A stretch of DNA of 63,734 nucleotides, filler included, from Rhabdomonas costata (GCA_019059605.1; 29 parts of 29 records of this genome joined end to end with filler, not necessarily neighbours in it), one strand, 5' to 3'; numbered from the whole stretch's first letter, positions 1 through 13,208 are shown. Numbers and translations are program-made. The notes: generated from the sequence alone by a model not told the origin.

Positions 1-1933
1 GTTTGTTGGGATTGATAGGTTTGTGTGCCGAAGAACCTGGAGCCGTTGCTTGCGTTCGGCACACAATCCTATCAATCGCTATGAACTTTGAGAAGCGCAA
101 CCACATTTGGGCTCTGGGACCGTTGTTGGGCTCCCGCCGGTTCGCACATGGTACATCGAGAACGGAGGCGATGGATGTGGCGCACGAATTACCCAGAAGG
201 AGGGGGGGGAGGGAGGGGGTAACGGACTTGTTCCTGGCTCTCTCAGCTCAAGGAATCACCCAGACCAGACACCACACATAACAGGGGGCAAGGTGAACCA
301 AAGGTGAGCAAAGAGACAACGGCCCTGCTTCATAACTGCACATGCTCTTACGATCCCCTTCGAAAAAGATTCTCAATTTTACGATGCCTTACCTCTGTCA
401 ACCGCGGATAGAAATCCCGGATAAAAAAACAAGAACAAAGCGTTTTTTTGTGCATGCGCATTTTCCCAATGTCCCACAAATGCAAAGCAACCGCACCCCA
501 AGCACCTCCACAAAAAAAAACAGAACCGCAGGATGTCGAAACGTCAAGCACAGTCGGTTCGGTTCGATTCGGGTTAAGAGTCAGCGGGTACTAAAATATG
601 AATGGTGCCCAGCAGCACAGATATAACTCAGCCCATTCTTATGCGAAGGCTGATGAATGCGAACCCGCGAAGATACCGCCACGGCTTTCCACACCCTGAG
701 TAGGAGGAAAATAGAAAAGGGTGTGGAACCACTGCGCATACCTTTCAGGGTGGGTATCACTCGACTACGAGGTTCAAAATGAATTCAAGAGTTCATCTGA
801 AAGAGTCGTAGGAAGGTGGGTATGAGTATCACGCCAGCAGAACTGCGTGTCCCAATGTGATTTTTCTTGACAAAAACACAGATCTTGCCCCTTGGGTCTC
901 AGGTTGGGCCACACAGCAGGCTTGGGCACAGGAATGGTGACAACAGTGCAAAGGGGAAGTCTTCTTCTTTGCTCTTTTGGTGTAGTTCCTATGGATGCCG
1001 TTCATGGTGGTGATGGTGATGCTCATGGACCCACCCTTCACCGCCACCACCCTGTCGTGCAGTACGGGGGTGGGCGGATAGAGCAAATCCACACCTATGT
1101 ACCTATGTCAGAGCAGGCGCGAACACATGGGGTTTGACGAACAGCACGTGCACGCACATCAGCAGCACGACGACCCACCCCATGGTTGAGGATGGCATCA
1201 TGGATGGGTGCCGGCTGATGGTTTCGTTTTGGCTGTTGTTCGCGTCGTCGAGCTCCTGAAGTTGGGGGCCTGAAGGCGCCCTGAGAATGGTTGGTGGGCG
1301 ACCCGCCGCTGTGGTTGCTGCTGCTGCTGCTGCTGCTGCTCTGCTCGGTGTGCTTGGCTGGCCCAGCTGCACCCCTTAGCTTACTTGAAAGCAGGAGCTG
1401 CGCTCCTTCTGGCCTCTCCACTGCTATTGCTCTGCCTTGAAGGTCCGCTTGCTAACCACGTACACAAGGCCCTTCTCCTGAGGGGTCCTCATCCATATCT
1501 CCTTTCTTTTGCTTTACGGTGGAGGCTCGGCTTCGTATTCTTGGTTGAGCTTGTCCCCCAACAGGGCCATGGGGGTACCTGCCCCGCGGTACTTCTTGGT
1601 GGTGGGTGGGGACCTAGCTGTTCGTGGACTTTCTCCACTCCTGCCGCTGGTAAGAGCTGCGCTGCTCCATGTCCGTCTTGCTGGAGCAGGCAGCGGAGCA
1701 GCCGTAGCTTGAAAAATCGTCAAATTCCGCTATACCCGCAGACACGGGCTGCCGCATGACCTGATGGCAGGCTCTCACATTCCCACGTCGCGCATTTTTT
1801 CGTGCGGTCCTAGCGTCCGAACGAGCTCAACCAAATAACTAATCGCAACCAGATGTGCCTGACCTTTTTCTTTTCCGCGGTCCCCATTCACTCCCCTTTT
1901 CCGTGGTTTTCTGTACCTCTGTTGACTTTCAAG

Positions 1934-2103
1934 GGAGCCGGTTGCGAATTTACTACGACGTCAATGGGGAGTCCTTAGGGCTGGGCTTTGATATCCCCGT
2001 GGAGGTCTTCGGGGGGCTTCCGCTGTTCCCATGGGTTAGTTTCCACAACCAGGGCACGGCCATTATCACTCGAGTGCCACCACCACCCAACCACACCCAC
2101 CAC
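1934..2103 (+). CDS. Exon encoding the C-terminal part of a SPRY/B30.2-like domain (partial)
   Basis: After acceptor ctttcaag: GSRLRIYYDVNGESLGLGFDIP...LPLFPWVSF, resembling the SPRY NGxxLGxAF...LFPxVS pattern. Confidence 0.55.
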
Positions 2104-2203
2104 NNNNNNNNNNNNNNNNNNNNNNNNNNNNNNNNNNNNNNNNNNNNTTAATTAATTAANNNNNNNNNNNNNNNNNNNNNNNNNNNNNNNNNNNNNNNNN
2201 NNN
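2104..2203. other. Artificial contig-joining spacer; first of 28, recurring about every 2.2 kb
   Basis: Identical N44-TTAATTAATTAA-N44 block throughout; the core gives TAA in all six frames. Confidence 0.99.
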
Positions 2204-2549
2204 GCCTGAACAGTCCTGGGGACCTTTTGAAAGACTGCTGTGGAGCGCTGTCGTTGTTTCTTTGCTTGCCGTCCTGTGGGATCGCGAGGGTCCGTAAAAA
2301 ACACCTGATCCTCAACGGGCGGATGGACTGTCCTGTGTGGGAAACCTTGGGTCCGTAAAATACACCGAAAACAGGGGGGCTCCCCAAAATACACTTGATA
2401 CGAGGGGGGGGGTCCCATGATGCCATAGCGCCAAGTGTTTATATTTCAGTTGAAGGGGCAGATGAGTTTTTTCATTAGTACGTCAAAAATTTTCGACACC
2501 TCCAAATAAAAAAGCAGTAAAATGATGAAGGACAACACTGCCGGAAAAC

Positions 2550-3332
2550 CTCGGTGCGGATATTCACCCCATTAGGGAGGCGGGACCCTGTCAGCTTGTT
2601 CAGGATCCAGGTTTTGCCTTTGTTGAACTCCCCAAGGACAGTCACTACAGAGCCTCGCCACTCATTAATGTCCATGTTGCGGTCGTCAACACCCCACCCA
2701 TCCCTGAGGAGCGATGAAAAGGAAAGAGTCTGACAGATACGCGGCAGAAACAAGCTCGATGGACACAAACAGAAGATGCTGACTCTTCATGGGACCATCC
2801 TCGTCGAGCGTGGGATCAAAGAGTGAGCATGACAAAGCAGATGAATCCATCCCATTCTTCTTCACCGCACCGCAAAAAGTGTTGGTCCGTGAGACCTTGT
2901 CAAAGGCCAAAGTGCCACCTATTTGCGGGAGTAATCGCGATCAAAATCCCTTCCACATCAGCACAAGCAACTTGAACGTAAATGTGACCGGGCTGACCGG
3001 GCCAGTTGCAAAACCCACGTGTGCAGGCTCCCAGTTGGGTTGGTGGGTCAAAGGGTCACTACCGGTGTCACCAGGAGCGATCGGGTCCGCTAAATAACGC
3101 AGAAGACATGCTGAAGACACTATGTCAGGACATGGGCACAGCACCTGCACACGGACATAAAGTCATCGATCTTGACTACCAGGTCGTACCAGTCTGTCAG
3201 GTTCTGCAGTCTCTGCGCACGGCGGTGGTGGAGGAAGCTGTACACAGACACCAACACTCCGGACGCGGCCGCGGTGGCTACCAGAACGGCCACCATTGCG
3301 TTGCGGGTCAGGTCCACGTCCCACTTCGGCAT
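2550..3332 (-). CDS. Membrane-anchored TRAFAC-like P-loop GTPase, 5' part (exons 3332-3145, 2703-2550)
   Basis: Hydrophobic N-terminus, then WYDLVVKIDDFMSVCR|DGWGV...VVTVLGEFNKGKTWILNKLTGSRLPNGVNIRTE (G1 GxxxxGKT, probable G2 Thr). The phase-2 GT-AG intron is in frame. Confidence 0.7.
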
Positions 3333-4671
3333 TTTTTTTTCAGGATACAGACAAAAACTATGAGAAGCGGCGAAGTAAATGGGATGAAAAGTCGCTCTGC
3401 TGTGAATCCAACCTCAAGTGGTCTTAAAAAAAATAGACGTGCACATTGCTCAATATTTGGCGAGCCAAACAAATTGCAAGAGCAACAATACAAAGCAGGG
3501 CACGCGCAGCATATACAAGTTCCCCAGGGAGCTTTAAGAGCCGTGGTAAAAGCCAAATACCAATACACACTCCTCGCCTCATTGCATCCTCCTTTTCTGC
3601 TTACTGCCCTTACTCTCTTGTTTCTATTCCTGATCATTCATGCTCGACATTTCCTTTATGTGAAACAGATTAGCCAGAAGAAGAAGTTAGCTGTCGCTAC
3701 CTCACTTACAACTTACAATGACAGCCAAAAGATAGGACATAAGCACCCTGGCGAACCCTGCGTCTTGTGCACCTGAAGTCGTCTGTCCTTTTTCTGTTGC
3801 GCTTTTTCGTGGTCATTCCTCCTGCAGAAAGGACCATAACACAACACTCAGCAATGGAGCCGCCACTCAGTTCGTTGGAATATGCCCACCGGTTACGGCG
3901 ACCTGTACCTCTTCCACCGAAGCAGACCCACGCGGCATGAACCACCCCAAGGATTGCCGAAGCGTGAGAAAAACTCACGGCCAAGCCTACCGCGAAAACA
4001 AGAGGATCATCTCGTGTTCGAGAAGAAAAAAGACAGCGGGTGCAATTGCCAGATTACCTGCATTCATGCCAAACGAATAATTTGCTGAAGCTGTGCGTAA
4101 GCCGGTCATAGCAGCTGGACATAGCAGCTGGACATAGCAGCTTTCGCTGCGTGCGTGCACAGCCCATCGCAGCATGGTCCTCATCGCCTCCCAGTCAGCG
4201 CCACGAGCGACAAGTTGTGCAAATGAAACAGATGCCGCTCTGTTCCTTTCTGGGGAAGGATGCCCAAAGGAAGCCCACAATGGCCCCTTTGTGCCCACAC
4301 ACACNNNNNNNNNNNNNNNNNNNNNNNNNNNNNNNNNNNNNNNNNNNNTTAATTAATTAANNNNNNNNNNNNNNNNNNNNNNNNNNNNNNNNNNNNNNNN
4401 NNNNTGTTGTTTTTACTGTGAAAGCTTCACCACGTATTTCACGATACAGTGAACAATACCGTGGCAAATAAACCCGAGACCCCCCAAATACTCCAGGGAT
4501 ATTCATTTGTGATTACCTTGGTGTTTGTCCCTAATTGTATTTGTAATTGTGTTGAATCGCGTAGGTGGGAGCTGGTAGTTGCATTGCACTGTCATGCATT
4601 GAGCCTTCGGAAATGCGAGAGAAAAGACATCCCAATCCCAGATCCGGACTGACGTTAGAGAAGGGAGAAAC

Positions 4672-6506
4672 CTGCTTGAGGATAATCAAGATGAAGTCAC
4701 TATTGCAGTCCCGCTCGTGGATCTCGTCCACAATTACCATTGCTACTCCCCCAAGAGTTGGGTCTCCGTGTAATCTGCACCGTTCAAAAGCGCACAGTGA
4801 CAACGTGAAATCAAGTTGAAATCGTGGGTGGAAGGAGGGAGTGCACAACAAGAAAAGGAAACAGCTGAAAAGAGATGAAGTGCTCCAGAACTGGTATGGC
4901 GGCAGACACAGTTTATGCATTGACAGTATGCGTTGCTGACAGCCCGTACTGCTGACCCCGGTCGAGAAAAAAGAAACGAAAAGAGGGAGGGAGGGAGGGA
5001 GCAAGGAAGAAGCAGGGCCACGCAGGATGGTAACAGTGACAATACTGTGTAAATCTAGCATTCAACACGGTGTCCGCATTGCTAACAGAAGAATGATGGG
5101 GGCAAACAAGTATCGGGCTCAAAGTCACGGTTCAAACTCTAATATACAAACCACACACCCAGAGCACACGCCGAAAAAAAACATTCAGTGAGAAATCCCA
5201 CTCACCCACCCACCCTTCTGCACGAGCCGGTGCCATTTTCATGCACACACAACATGCACACAACAAACACAGGCGACAGTACTGAGAGTGAGGGAGACGG
5301 TAGACGGTATTTCGCGGAGGTTTGGCATGGGCTTGGTTCTGACCTGCGAAGCAGAATGCCTGGGGTGCAGAACAGCAGGCGGGTTCCCGCTGACACGCAG
5401 CTGTCAAACCGCACCTATGAAAAGCAAAGTAACAAAGAGTGGGGTTCCGCACCAGCAGCGGTAGTGTCGAGGATCGGTCGGCACACTATCACGGGCGCAA
5501 TCCAGCATTGTCAGACAGGCAGCTGACTGGAACGCTCTTATGGGTTAATGCGTAAAAAAACCTCTACGCCCCGAATAATTCCAAGCTCGATGTATGCAAT
5601 AGCACAAAGTAGCTCAAGTGTGCTGCTCAAGCCGGACTCCGGAACTCCGAAAATGTCAATAAGCCCTGCCCGGAAGATCAGAACCAGATAAAGTGGAATA
5701 TCAAATGCCAGCGCATTCAACGGGGAGAAGAATAGCCACAAGCTAAGTGGGCCTGAGAGTCGCGAATTGGGCGCATCGGGCAGATTTGAAAACTTCGCAG
5801 CCACAGAATGGGAACCCGCTTAGTATTGTCACCTGGAGGCATGCGTACGCGTGTGTGTGCTTGCGCGCGCATCGAAACACGTTTGTGCCTCGCGCATCGG
5901 CAGCCGGGGGGGAATGACTCAGAAGTTCAGTGAAGACAGATGAGATCTTAATACGAAGGTGGTCTCTACCAACGGCAAGCCTCGCATTTCTTGTGGCGAT
6001 TGAATGCCAAGAAACAAACTCTCCCTTTTCATTGCTTCAGAATAGTAGGGGGGAGGGGGAGGAAGGCGCAAGGACCTTCACGCAAACTGCAGCACCAGGA
6101 AGTAGCATAAGGCAGAAAGTGCAGCCGAGAGCGAGACAGGGAGAGGAAGAGAGTGAAACGGAGTTCAAAGACAGAAGCGGGTTCCACACCTGATGCCCCA
6201 CCTCTTGCCCCGTGGACTGCCCCCTCTCCTTGGAAACCCGCTCCGCAACTGTTATCGCAGAGATCCGTCTGGGCTGTGTCACAATAACCATCCCTGGAGA
6301 AGTGAAGACAGAGAGATAAACGACACACAAAGGAACTGTGACCATCCTCAAGCAAAGGTGAAAAATGGAGGCACTCACACGCCCTTTTCCTCTGAGCTGG
6401 GTTCTCAGTACAAAAAACTGGGCTACCCATCCAAAATGAACCGGTCACGCACCAGGCTTGGAGCCCAACAGGTCATCCAGCACAAATTGAGGCACTTGCG
6501 TCGTCT
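4672..6506 (-). CDS. DEAH/RHA-box RNA helicase, DHX29/36/57-like (exons 6506-6453, 6293-6190, 5414-5344, 4774-4672; partial)
   Basis: Spliced product has KTTQVPQF, TQPRRISA, LLFCTPGILLRRL and VIVDEIHERD; all introns are GT-AG with consistent phases. Confidence 0.93.
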
Positions 6507-6698
6507 NNNNNNNNNNNNNNNNNNNNNNNNNNNNNNNNNNNNNNNNNNNNTTAATTAATTAANNNNNNNNNNNNNNNNNNNNNNNNNNNNNNNNNNNNNN
6601 NNNNNNGGTTTGGGGTTCTTGGCTTTCTTTCTGCATTTGGAGTTGCAGATCCTCAGCCTTCTCTTGAAATTGTGTGAAATCTGAATATCTTTGCAACG

Positions 6699-7535
6699 AT
6701 GTCAGCGGTTCAAGGCAGAGCCATTCCGAGGTCCCTGGCTGAGGTTCCGGAAACATCAGCACAGGAGCCATCCGTGTCCTCGCAAGGTGGCTCTCTTCTG
6801 GGCTCTGGGTTTCCCTCGGACTGCCTGCAGATCATCCTAAGCTTTGCCCGCACTCACCGCTCTGTATGTGGGGTGTGCCGGCTGTGGTGTGCCCTGGCTC
6901 ACCACCGCCACGTCTTGCTTGAGGGCACCTGTGAAGTGTTTCCGCCGCGCGAGATGCTACGGGAATTGGTGTCAAAGGCAGAGACAGTTCGAGTATGCAG
7001 CTCTTTCAGGCCTTACTCGTCAAATGACTCTCCCCTTTGGGTTGCCTCGGAAAAGGGGCACGTTGAGCTTGCGGATCTCCTTCTGCGCAGCCAGGCGGAC
7101 GTGAACCAAACGTTGAGGGATGGTGCCTCTAGTCTTTACATTGCCTGCCAAAATGGGCACTACCAGGTTGCTGAGCTACTGCTTAAAAACCGAGCGGAGG
7201 TCAATCACACCCGGGAGAAGAACGTGTCTCCTCTTTGTATTGCTTCCCAAGGTGGCCACGTAAAAATTGCGGACCTCCTGCTGGCCAGCAAAGCAAACGT
7301 TCACCAAGCCAAGGATGACGGGGGCTCTTCTCTTCACATCGCCTCTCGGAACGGTCACTGCGAGCTTGCAGGGCTCTTGCTGCGCAACCAGGCGAACGTC
7401 AATCAAGCCAAAAACGACGGGGCCTCTCCTCTTTTCATAGCCTCCCAGAGGGGCCACCTCGAGGTCGCGCATCTCCTGCTTCAATATAAGGCTGACGCAA
7501 ACCAATTCGCAAATGATGGAACGTCTCCTCTTTTC
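6699..7535 (+). CDS. F-box-like motif followed by about 5 ankyrin repeats; 3' truncated
   Basis: FPSDCLQIILSF...VCGVCRLWCALA, then 33-aa SPLxIASxxGHxEVAxLLL repeats. Similarity stops abruptly after SPLF. Confidence 0.85.
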
Positions 7536-7714
7536 CTCCAGTTCCTTTGTGTTAGCATTGCCCCCTTTCTTCAAGCTTACATGTCCAGTTTGCCGTGAAT
7601 GACTTCCCGTGTTTGACGTTTCTCAAGTTTCCTTTAGTGTATACAAATTGGTCCGTGTGTTGTGCATCGTGTGAGCTCTCGGGGCTTTTCCCTTTCCTCT
7701 GGTTTCCCAACGAA

Positions 7715-8534
7715 ATGGCGGAGAAGAAGGCCAAAGGAGAGCAGGACGAGTTCGAGCGGGCCGCTCAGGTGCCGCGATTTTTGTGAGTTTTTCGTCGAAC
7801 TGGAGGAAGAGATCCATCATCCTTGAACAGTCTAGAGAATGACGGTCCGGATGGGGGCTTACAATCGTTATCGATTTGGTCCCGACTCTGCTTTTTTTGC
7901 TAGTCCTGGACATCCTCACCCAAGCGCGACGCAACTTTTTGCAAAGCAGCGCCAACTTTAATTCAGCATTTCGCCTCCTTGCGTCGTAATAGGCACTGGT
8001 TTGGTGAATGTGTCCTCCCTGTCTGGGGTGCATGCTCCGCTACCGATGTGCAGGCGATATGGGATGCCCAGTTTCTTCTGATCGTCGCGGGGCCTTCGTT
8101 CTACGAGGACAGCTCGAAGAGCGTCTTTGCGGACGAGCGGTGCAACCCGGAGCTGGTGCAGACCGACCCGGAGAAGTTCTTCGGGTTCTGGGTACGGCTT
8201 TGGACCCTTGACACCCTTGACAACCACCATGTCTGCCAGATTTGTTTGATTTCTTCTGATGCTTCTTAACAGCAATGAAGCCAAGGCCGATTGCCGTGGA
8301 TTTTCGCATAATGGCTTCTAATTCTTAACCACACACCACGCTGGCGTGACTTTCTTTCCGCATCACACGTGCGTCCTCACTTTTTTTGCTTTTATTGTGT
8401 GACCAATACCATTACGTCATCGTTGCTTTGGTTGCGTGGAGACGGGGGATGTTGGATGGCTAACAGGGCACGTTCTACAACCGCTACAACGAGAGGCAGC
8501 CCCACGATGGCTACCAGATCCTCAGGCGGTGGAG
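7715..8534 (+). CDS. Divergent SIR2/sirtuin-like protein, N-terminal exons (7715-7768, 8054-8191, 8467-~8534)
   Basis: MAEKKAKGEQDEFERAAQ|AIWDAQFLLIVAGPSF...DPEKFFGFW|GTFYNRYNERQPHDGYQILRRW follows the sirtuin N-terminal layout; phase-0 GT-AG introns. Confidence 0.65.
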
Positions 8535-11500
8535 GTTCGTTGCCCCCAGCCTCTCCCCTGGAACATAGGCGTGGGGAGTGCGTTCACTGCGCATCACCCG
8601 AATTGGAAGGGAAGGGCACTGCGTATCGCTTTCTGTTCTCCTTGAAATGAGGAATCCCGTCCCTCTCCTTGTATCTGTGTCTACCCAAACCACCAAACAC
8701 ACCAACANNNNNNNNNNNNNNNNNNNNNNNNNNNNNNNNNNNNNNNNNNNNTTAATTAATTAANNNNNNNNNNNNNNNNNNNNNNNNNNNNNNNNNNNNN
8801 NNNNNNNGTGTTTGTGGGAGCCCTTTTGCTAGGAATTACGACGCACTCGGTTGCACCTTCACACGGAAAATATTTCTCGCTCTTCTTTCCTTTTTGTTGC
8901 ACTTTCGTATCACTGTATGTCCGCGCAGGGTTCGTTGTTCTGGCTACGTTGGTGCTCGCTCTGAGCTCTGTATACTTGTTTGTGGTGTAGCGGTTCCCCA
9001 GTCCTTCTTTATCAAGGTCTTTTCTTAGGAAGCCTGTGGTGGAAGGCATTTGGGATAGCAGCTGTAGTGCCGTTTGCAACACAGGGATTCCTTTTTTGTA
9101 ATTTTGGAAATGACAACCGTTTGCGAAAAATGCACGAATAGCGGGGGTTAATTTTGCAAATGAGACTGGTAGCACATATTGCGGTGTAAAGTGCTTTTTT
9201 TAAGCCATTTTTGTGTCACCGGTGGTAACCGTTACCCCTCTCCCTCCCCCCAACTTCCATTGGGCCCGATGTAAAGTATCCGATGCTGATGTTGGAGTTA
9301 CAACTCCGCACAACCTTTTCAGGGTCCAGTAGGTCTCCGAGGTCCGGGAATAAGGGGAAAGGGGGCTGGCCAATGTAACTCCCACCGAAAGCAAGGAAGC
9401 ATGCTCGCTGTAAGGAATAACTGTTGTCAAATTGTTTAACTGCCTCCGTATTGTGTAAGCCTGTCAACACGGTTGTCCTCTCAGTTTCTATCCACTGTGC
9501 CCCCTGTAGTTGCTCTTAATTAAAAGAATTCAGGTGCCCAGCTCTCCGTTCAACTTCAAGTGCAATGGAACGAGCGAAAGCTAGCATAGATAAGTTGTCA
9601 GTTGGTATTCTCTGTGATGTGGAACAAAAAGGGAATCCCTCTAGAGAACGTAGCGGTCTCTCTTGAAGGACGACACCCGCAATCGTATCTTTTCGCCATG
9701 CTCAGTTGGATGGCTTCGTTTCCCCCTCTTTTTCTGGCCTTTATCTTTCTCGGCATGTGCTTATCTTTTTCCCCACATCCACACCGGTCACTTGCTTGGT
9801 CCGTGGTTGCCTACTTCCAAACTATTCAGCACCAAAAGCTTTTCATGACTGTTTGTGAATAGCATTTCTGGTTTGACGAAAGATAGCGAATACCCCCTGT
9901 GACACCTCCCACATGGAGACGGTGCCTTAGGTGGAAGAACCTGTACACTATGCATGGTCATGTGCATATGATGAAACACGGTGCAGTTTTGATGAATTGG
10001 CAGTATGGGAGTCTGTTTCGGTTAAATATCGAGAAGATGGGAAAGCTTAATTTGCTCTGGTTTCACTCAGCCCATGACGTTTTTAAGGAGTTTAGGATAA
10101 GGAGACTTTTGCTGACTGCTACCATCAGTCTGGGCACACTGATTATGGGAAATATGGCGAAATGAGTGGAGGTAGTTCCTATCCGATGTTGTATTAACGT
10201 CTCTGACGAGGTGCTCCTTCTACCCCGATGTGCGCGTCCAAAATTGGAGCCATGTCGTGGTGCAGACTTGTGACATCGAGCTTTTACCAGGACAGGCGAA
10301 AGTTCAGGATTTTAACAGGAACTCCTTGATATAATGCGCTGCTCTTTTCCTTGTTTGTGTGCCTCCTTTTCGTGCGGTTTTTTCGCAGTTTTTTTTCCGC
10401 TTCGTACTGATTGATTTTTAAACGCTGTTTTTCTCCATAATCTTAAATAAACTAGACTATGGCAGTGGACTCTCTTGATCCCATTCGTTGGCTGGAAATG
10501 AATTCTTATGTGCCCCGGCCCCCGGCCGCAGAAGACGAGCAGGCAGTGTCTTGAGTTCTGGCGGCTGCACTTTCAAGTCGATCTTGGCCTCGGTGCTCAG
10601 TCCCATGCAACAGAAGATTTGGGGTTAGCTCTCCTGGGCTTCTTTGGTTGGCAAATGATGCGCATTTTTTCCAGATGGATTTTGTTTGTGCACATGTTGA
10701 TGAATATTTCAGTCCACCGATGATATACAGACAACATAAATTTTGGTCATCAAAATAGAATTACCAATAAACAAAATTCAAGCAAGTACACAATGAAAAT
10801 ATGCTAACAGTGAGTCAAAGGTCGGCAACACACCGGACTTAAAAAGAGACTGCACGACAGTGGGCAGCAACAGGACTGTCCACGCAAGGTGCGCGCGCAA
10901 CGAAAAACANNNNNNNNNNNNNNNNNNNNNNNNNNNNNNNNNNNNNNNNNNNNTTAATTAATTAANNNNNNNNNNNNNNNNNNNNNNNNNNNNNNNNNNN
11001 NNNNNNNNNGCAGATGACCATGGGGCCGACAACGCCCAGAGACCATGTCCAAGGCCTTGGCCTCTCCTATGAAAGATGAAGAAGGGGCAGCTCGCGAAAT
11101 AGAATAGAAAGGTGCTTTCTGCATGCAAATGCAAAGGGTAAGTCATACCGTATGTATTCAGGGCAAATTATAAATTATGGATCAATGAATCAGGGCCAAA
11201 GTTGCCCATTATTTGATCCATTCCATTGTTTCCCATCTCTGAACCTTCTTTAAGTGGATAAGTGGTTGGGGGAACCTCATTGATCGATTTTTTGGTGATC
11301 CTTAGTTTTCCTCACGAGAAATTCCGCAGCTGAATCATTATTAATCCCATCCATGATCAATGGTATGCTTGTCGCGTACCAAAACCCCCCTCGTCCGCCA
11401 GCATCACTACTGCAGCGACCATGGGCTGCGGAGTTGCGGGCCACAGCAGCGCGTGCAGCCACACATTGGGGCTGTCCAGCAGCCGGACCTGCCCCCGCAG

Positions 11501-12038
11501 GAAAAAAGAGAGATGGACGGAGAAGCATCCCTACCGCGCGCAAGCTAAATGCAGCAATACCATTTCCCATACGCAAAAAAAAAGCTCTTTCAGGGCTTTT
11601 CTTGTTGCTCAACATTCGGGTGGTCTTGTTTGTGTTTAAGTGGGCCTTTCAACCTTTCAACCGCGGCTGGTTTGTGATGCCCCTTGGCGGCTATTTAGTA
11701 TCCCTTTTGCACCGTTTCTTGCCCCACGAGCAGAGTGTTATGACAGCACTCACAACACTTTTGCAAAGAAAGAAACTCACGCCATATAGTGCAAAGCAAC
11801 CGGCTCTGGCAGACTTGTGTTCGAAACTATTCACAGAGGCACCGCAATTACGGGGATGTTACTGGTCTTGCATTTGCTTTCCAAAAGACCCCAAGATGTA
11901 CAAATGCCTAACACGTAGTCGTAAAACAAGACGATTGGGGAGGACATTGGCAAATATAAAAAGGCAAAAACAGGTTGGGATAAATGCGGGTGGGATAGCG
12001 CGTCTGGAAGAATACAAAGACAGAAGCACGGGGCGCAC

Positions 12039-12759
12039 CAGCATCGTCCGCATCCCAGGCCGGGCCCCGCTGTAGAACTGCACCCGCTCGCAGGCGTGTT
12101 GTATTGCGCCCAGCCACACCGTCACTTCCTGCGACCCGAAGAAAGTCGTGAAGGGGGCAACTACAGTGCTCGGAAACCACTGGACGAACACCCCGCACTG
12201 ATCACACAGTAACACGAGCGCTGGGTAGCCACCGCAGAGGATATCCAGACTCGATGCCACCCGCTTTTAGGATGAGACTGGGTTGACCCATTGGGAACAC
12301 CTCAAACTGTTACAAACACAATTCAAAGGGTGCCGACAATAAACAAGAATGGCAGCCATGCAAATGAAAGTGCCGTAAACTGAATATTTAGTCAGCATGC
12401 GGTTCTGCAATAGGGTGCACTTTGATGAGCCATGCGAATGCAGAGTTGAGATCACAGCACAAAGTAAAAGCAGGGCACACGTTGCCAACTCTATACCAAA
12501 TGCCTGAAAAATCTAAAAGAAGAAGGCAAGGAAACTCTGAGCTGAATGTGCACACCAGCTTACAGGAAGAAGTATCCATGGCAGCACAGGAGGAGAGGCG
12601 ACTGTGCAGCGCGGCAACGAAGATGGAAAGCACTGCCCCTGCGGTTCCCCCCATGCGGCCGCTAACCACACCGGAGAGGGTTTCCAGAACCGCCGCCACG
12701 GTGCGCGGGGGTGTCATTGTGGACCCAGAGGCGTTGCACTCGCCAAGCGCTGCGAGAAT
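12039..12759 (-). CDS. Dihydroxyacetone kinase DAK2 domain (exons 12759-12556, 12128-12039; partial)
   Basis: MGGTAGAVLSIF and YSGARPGMRTML match the DAK2 motifs MGGTSGxLYxxF and GAxxGDRTMLD. Confidence 0.8.
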
Positions 12760-13208
12760 CTAGGCGGGAGAGGAAGGTCGCCCTTCAAAATAAATCTGCT
12801 TCGCGGTTTGGCGGGTGTCATGATGGCCTGGTCCAATGTGGATGGAAAAAGCGCAGGGGGAGCATTGGACAATAACACTGCTGCACTGTCACGGGGTCAC
12901 CAGCTACGATATGTTGGTTTCCCTGCCCTACCCCCCAATTATTAAGATAGGCACAGTAGAATTACCACAAACAAACCATAAAAAGCTTCAGCAGTTTTCG
13001 CAGTTAAGATGCTGGGCGCTGCCATGGTGGAAACCAAAAAAGAGTACGTATGTGTGCGCGTGGGGATTCACAGAGCTTGTTCTATTGAAAACGCTTGATG
13101 ATGCCATTNNNNNNNNNNNNNNNNNNNNNNNNNNNNNNNNNNNNNNNNNNNNTTAATTAATTAANNNNNNNNNNNNNNNNNNNNNNNNNNNNNNNNNNNN
13201 NNNNNNNN

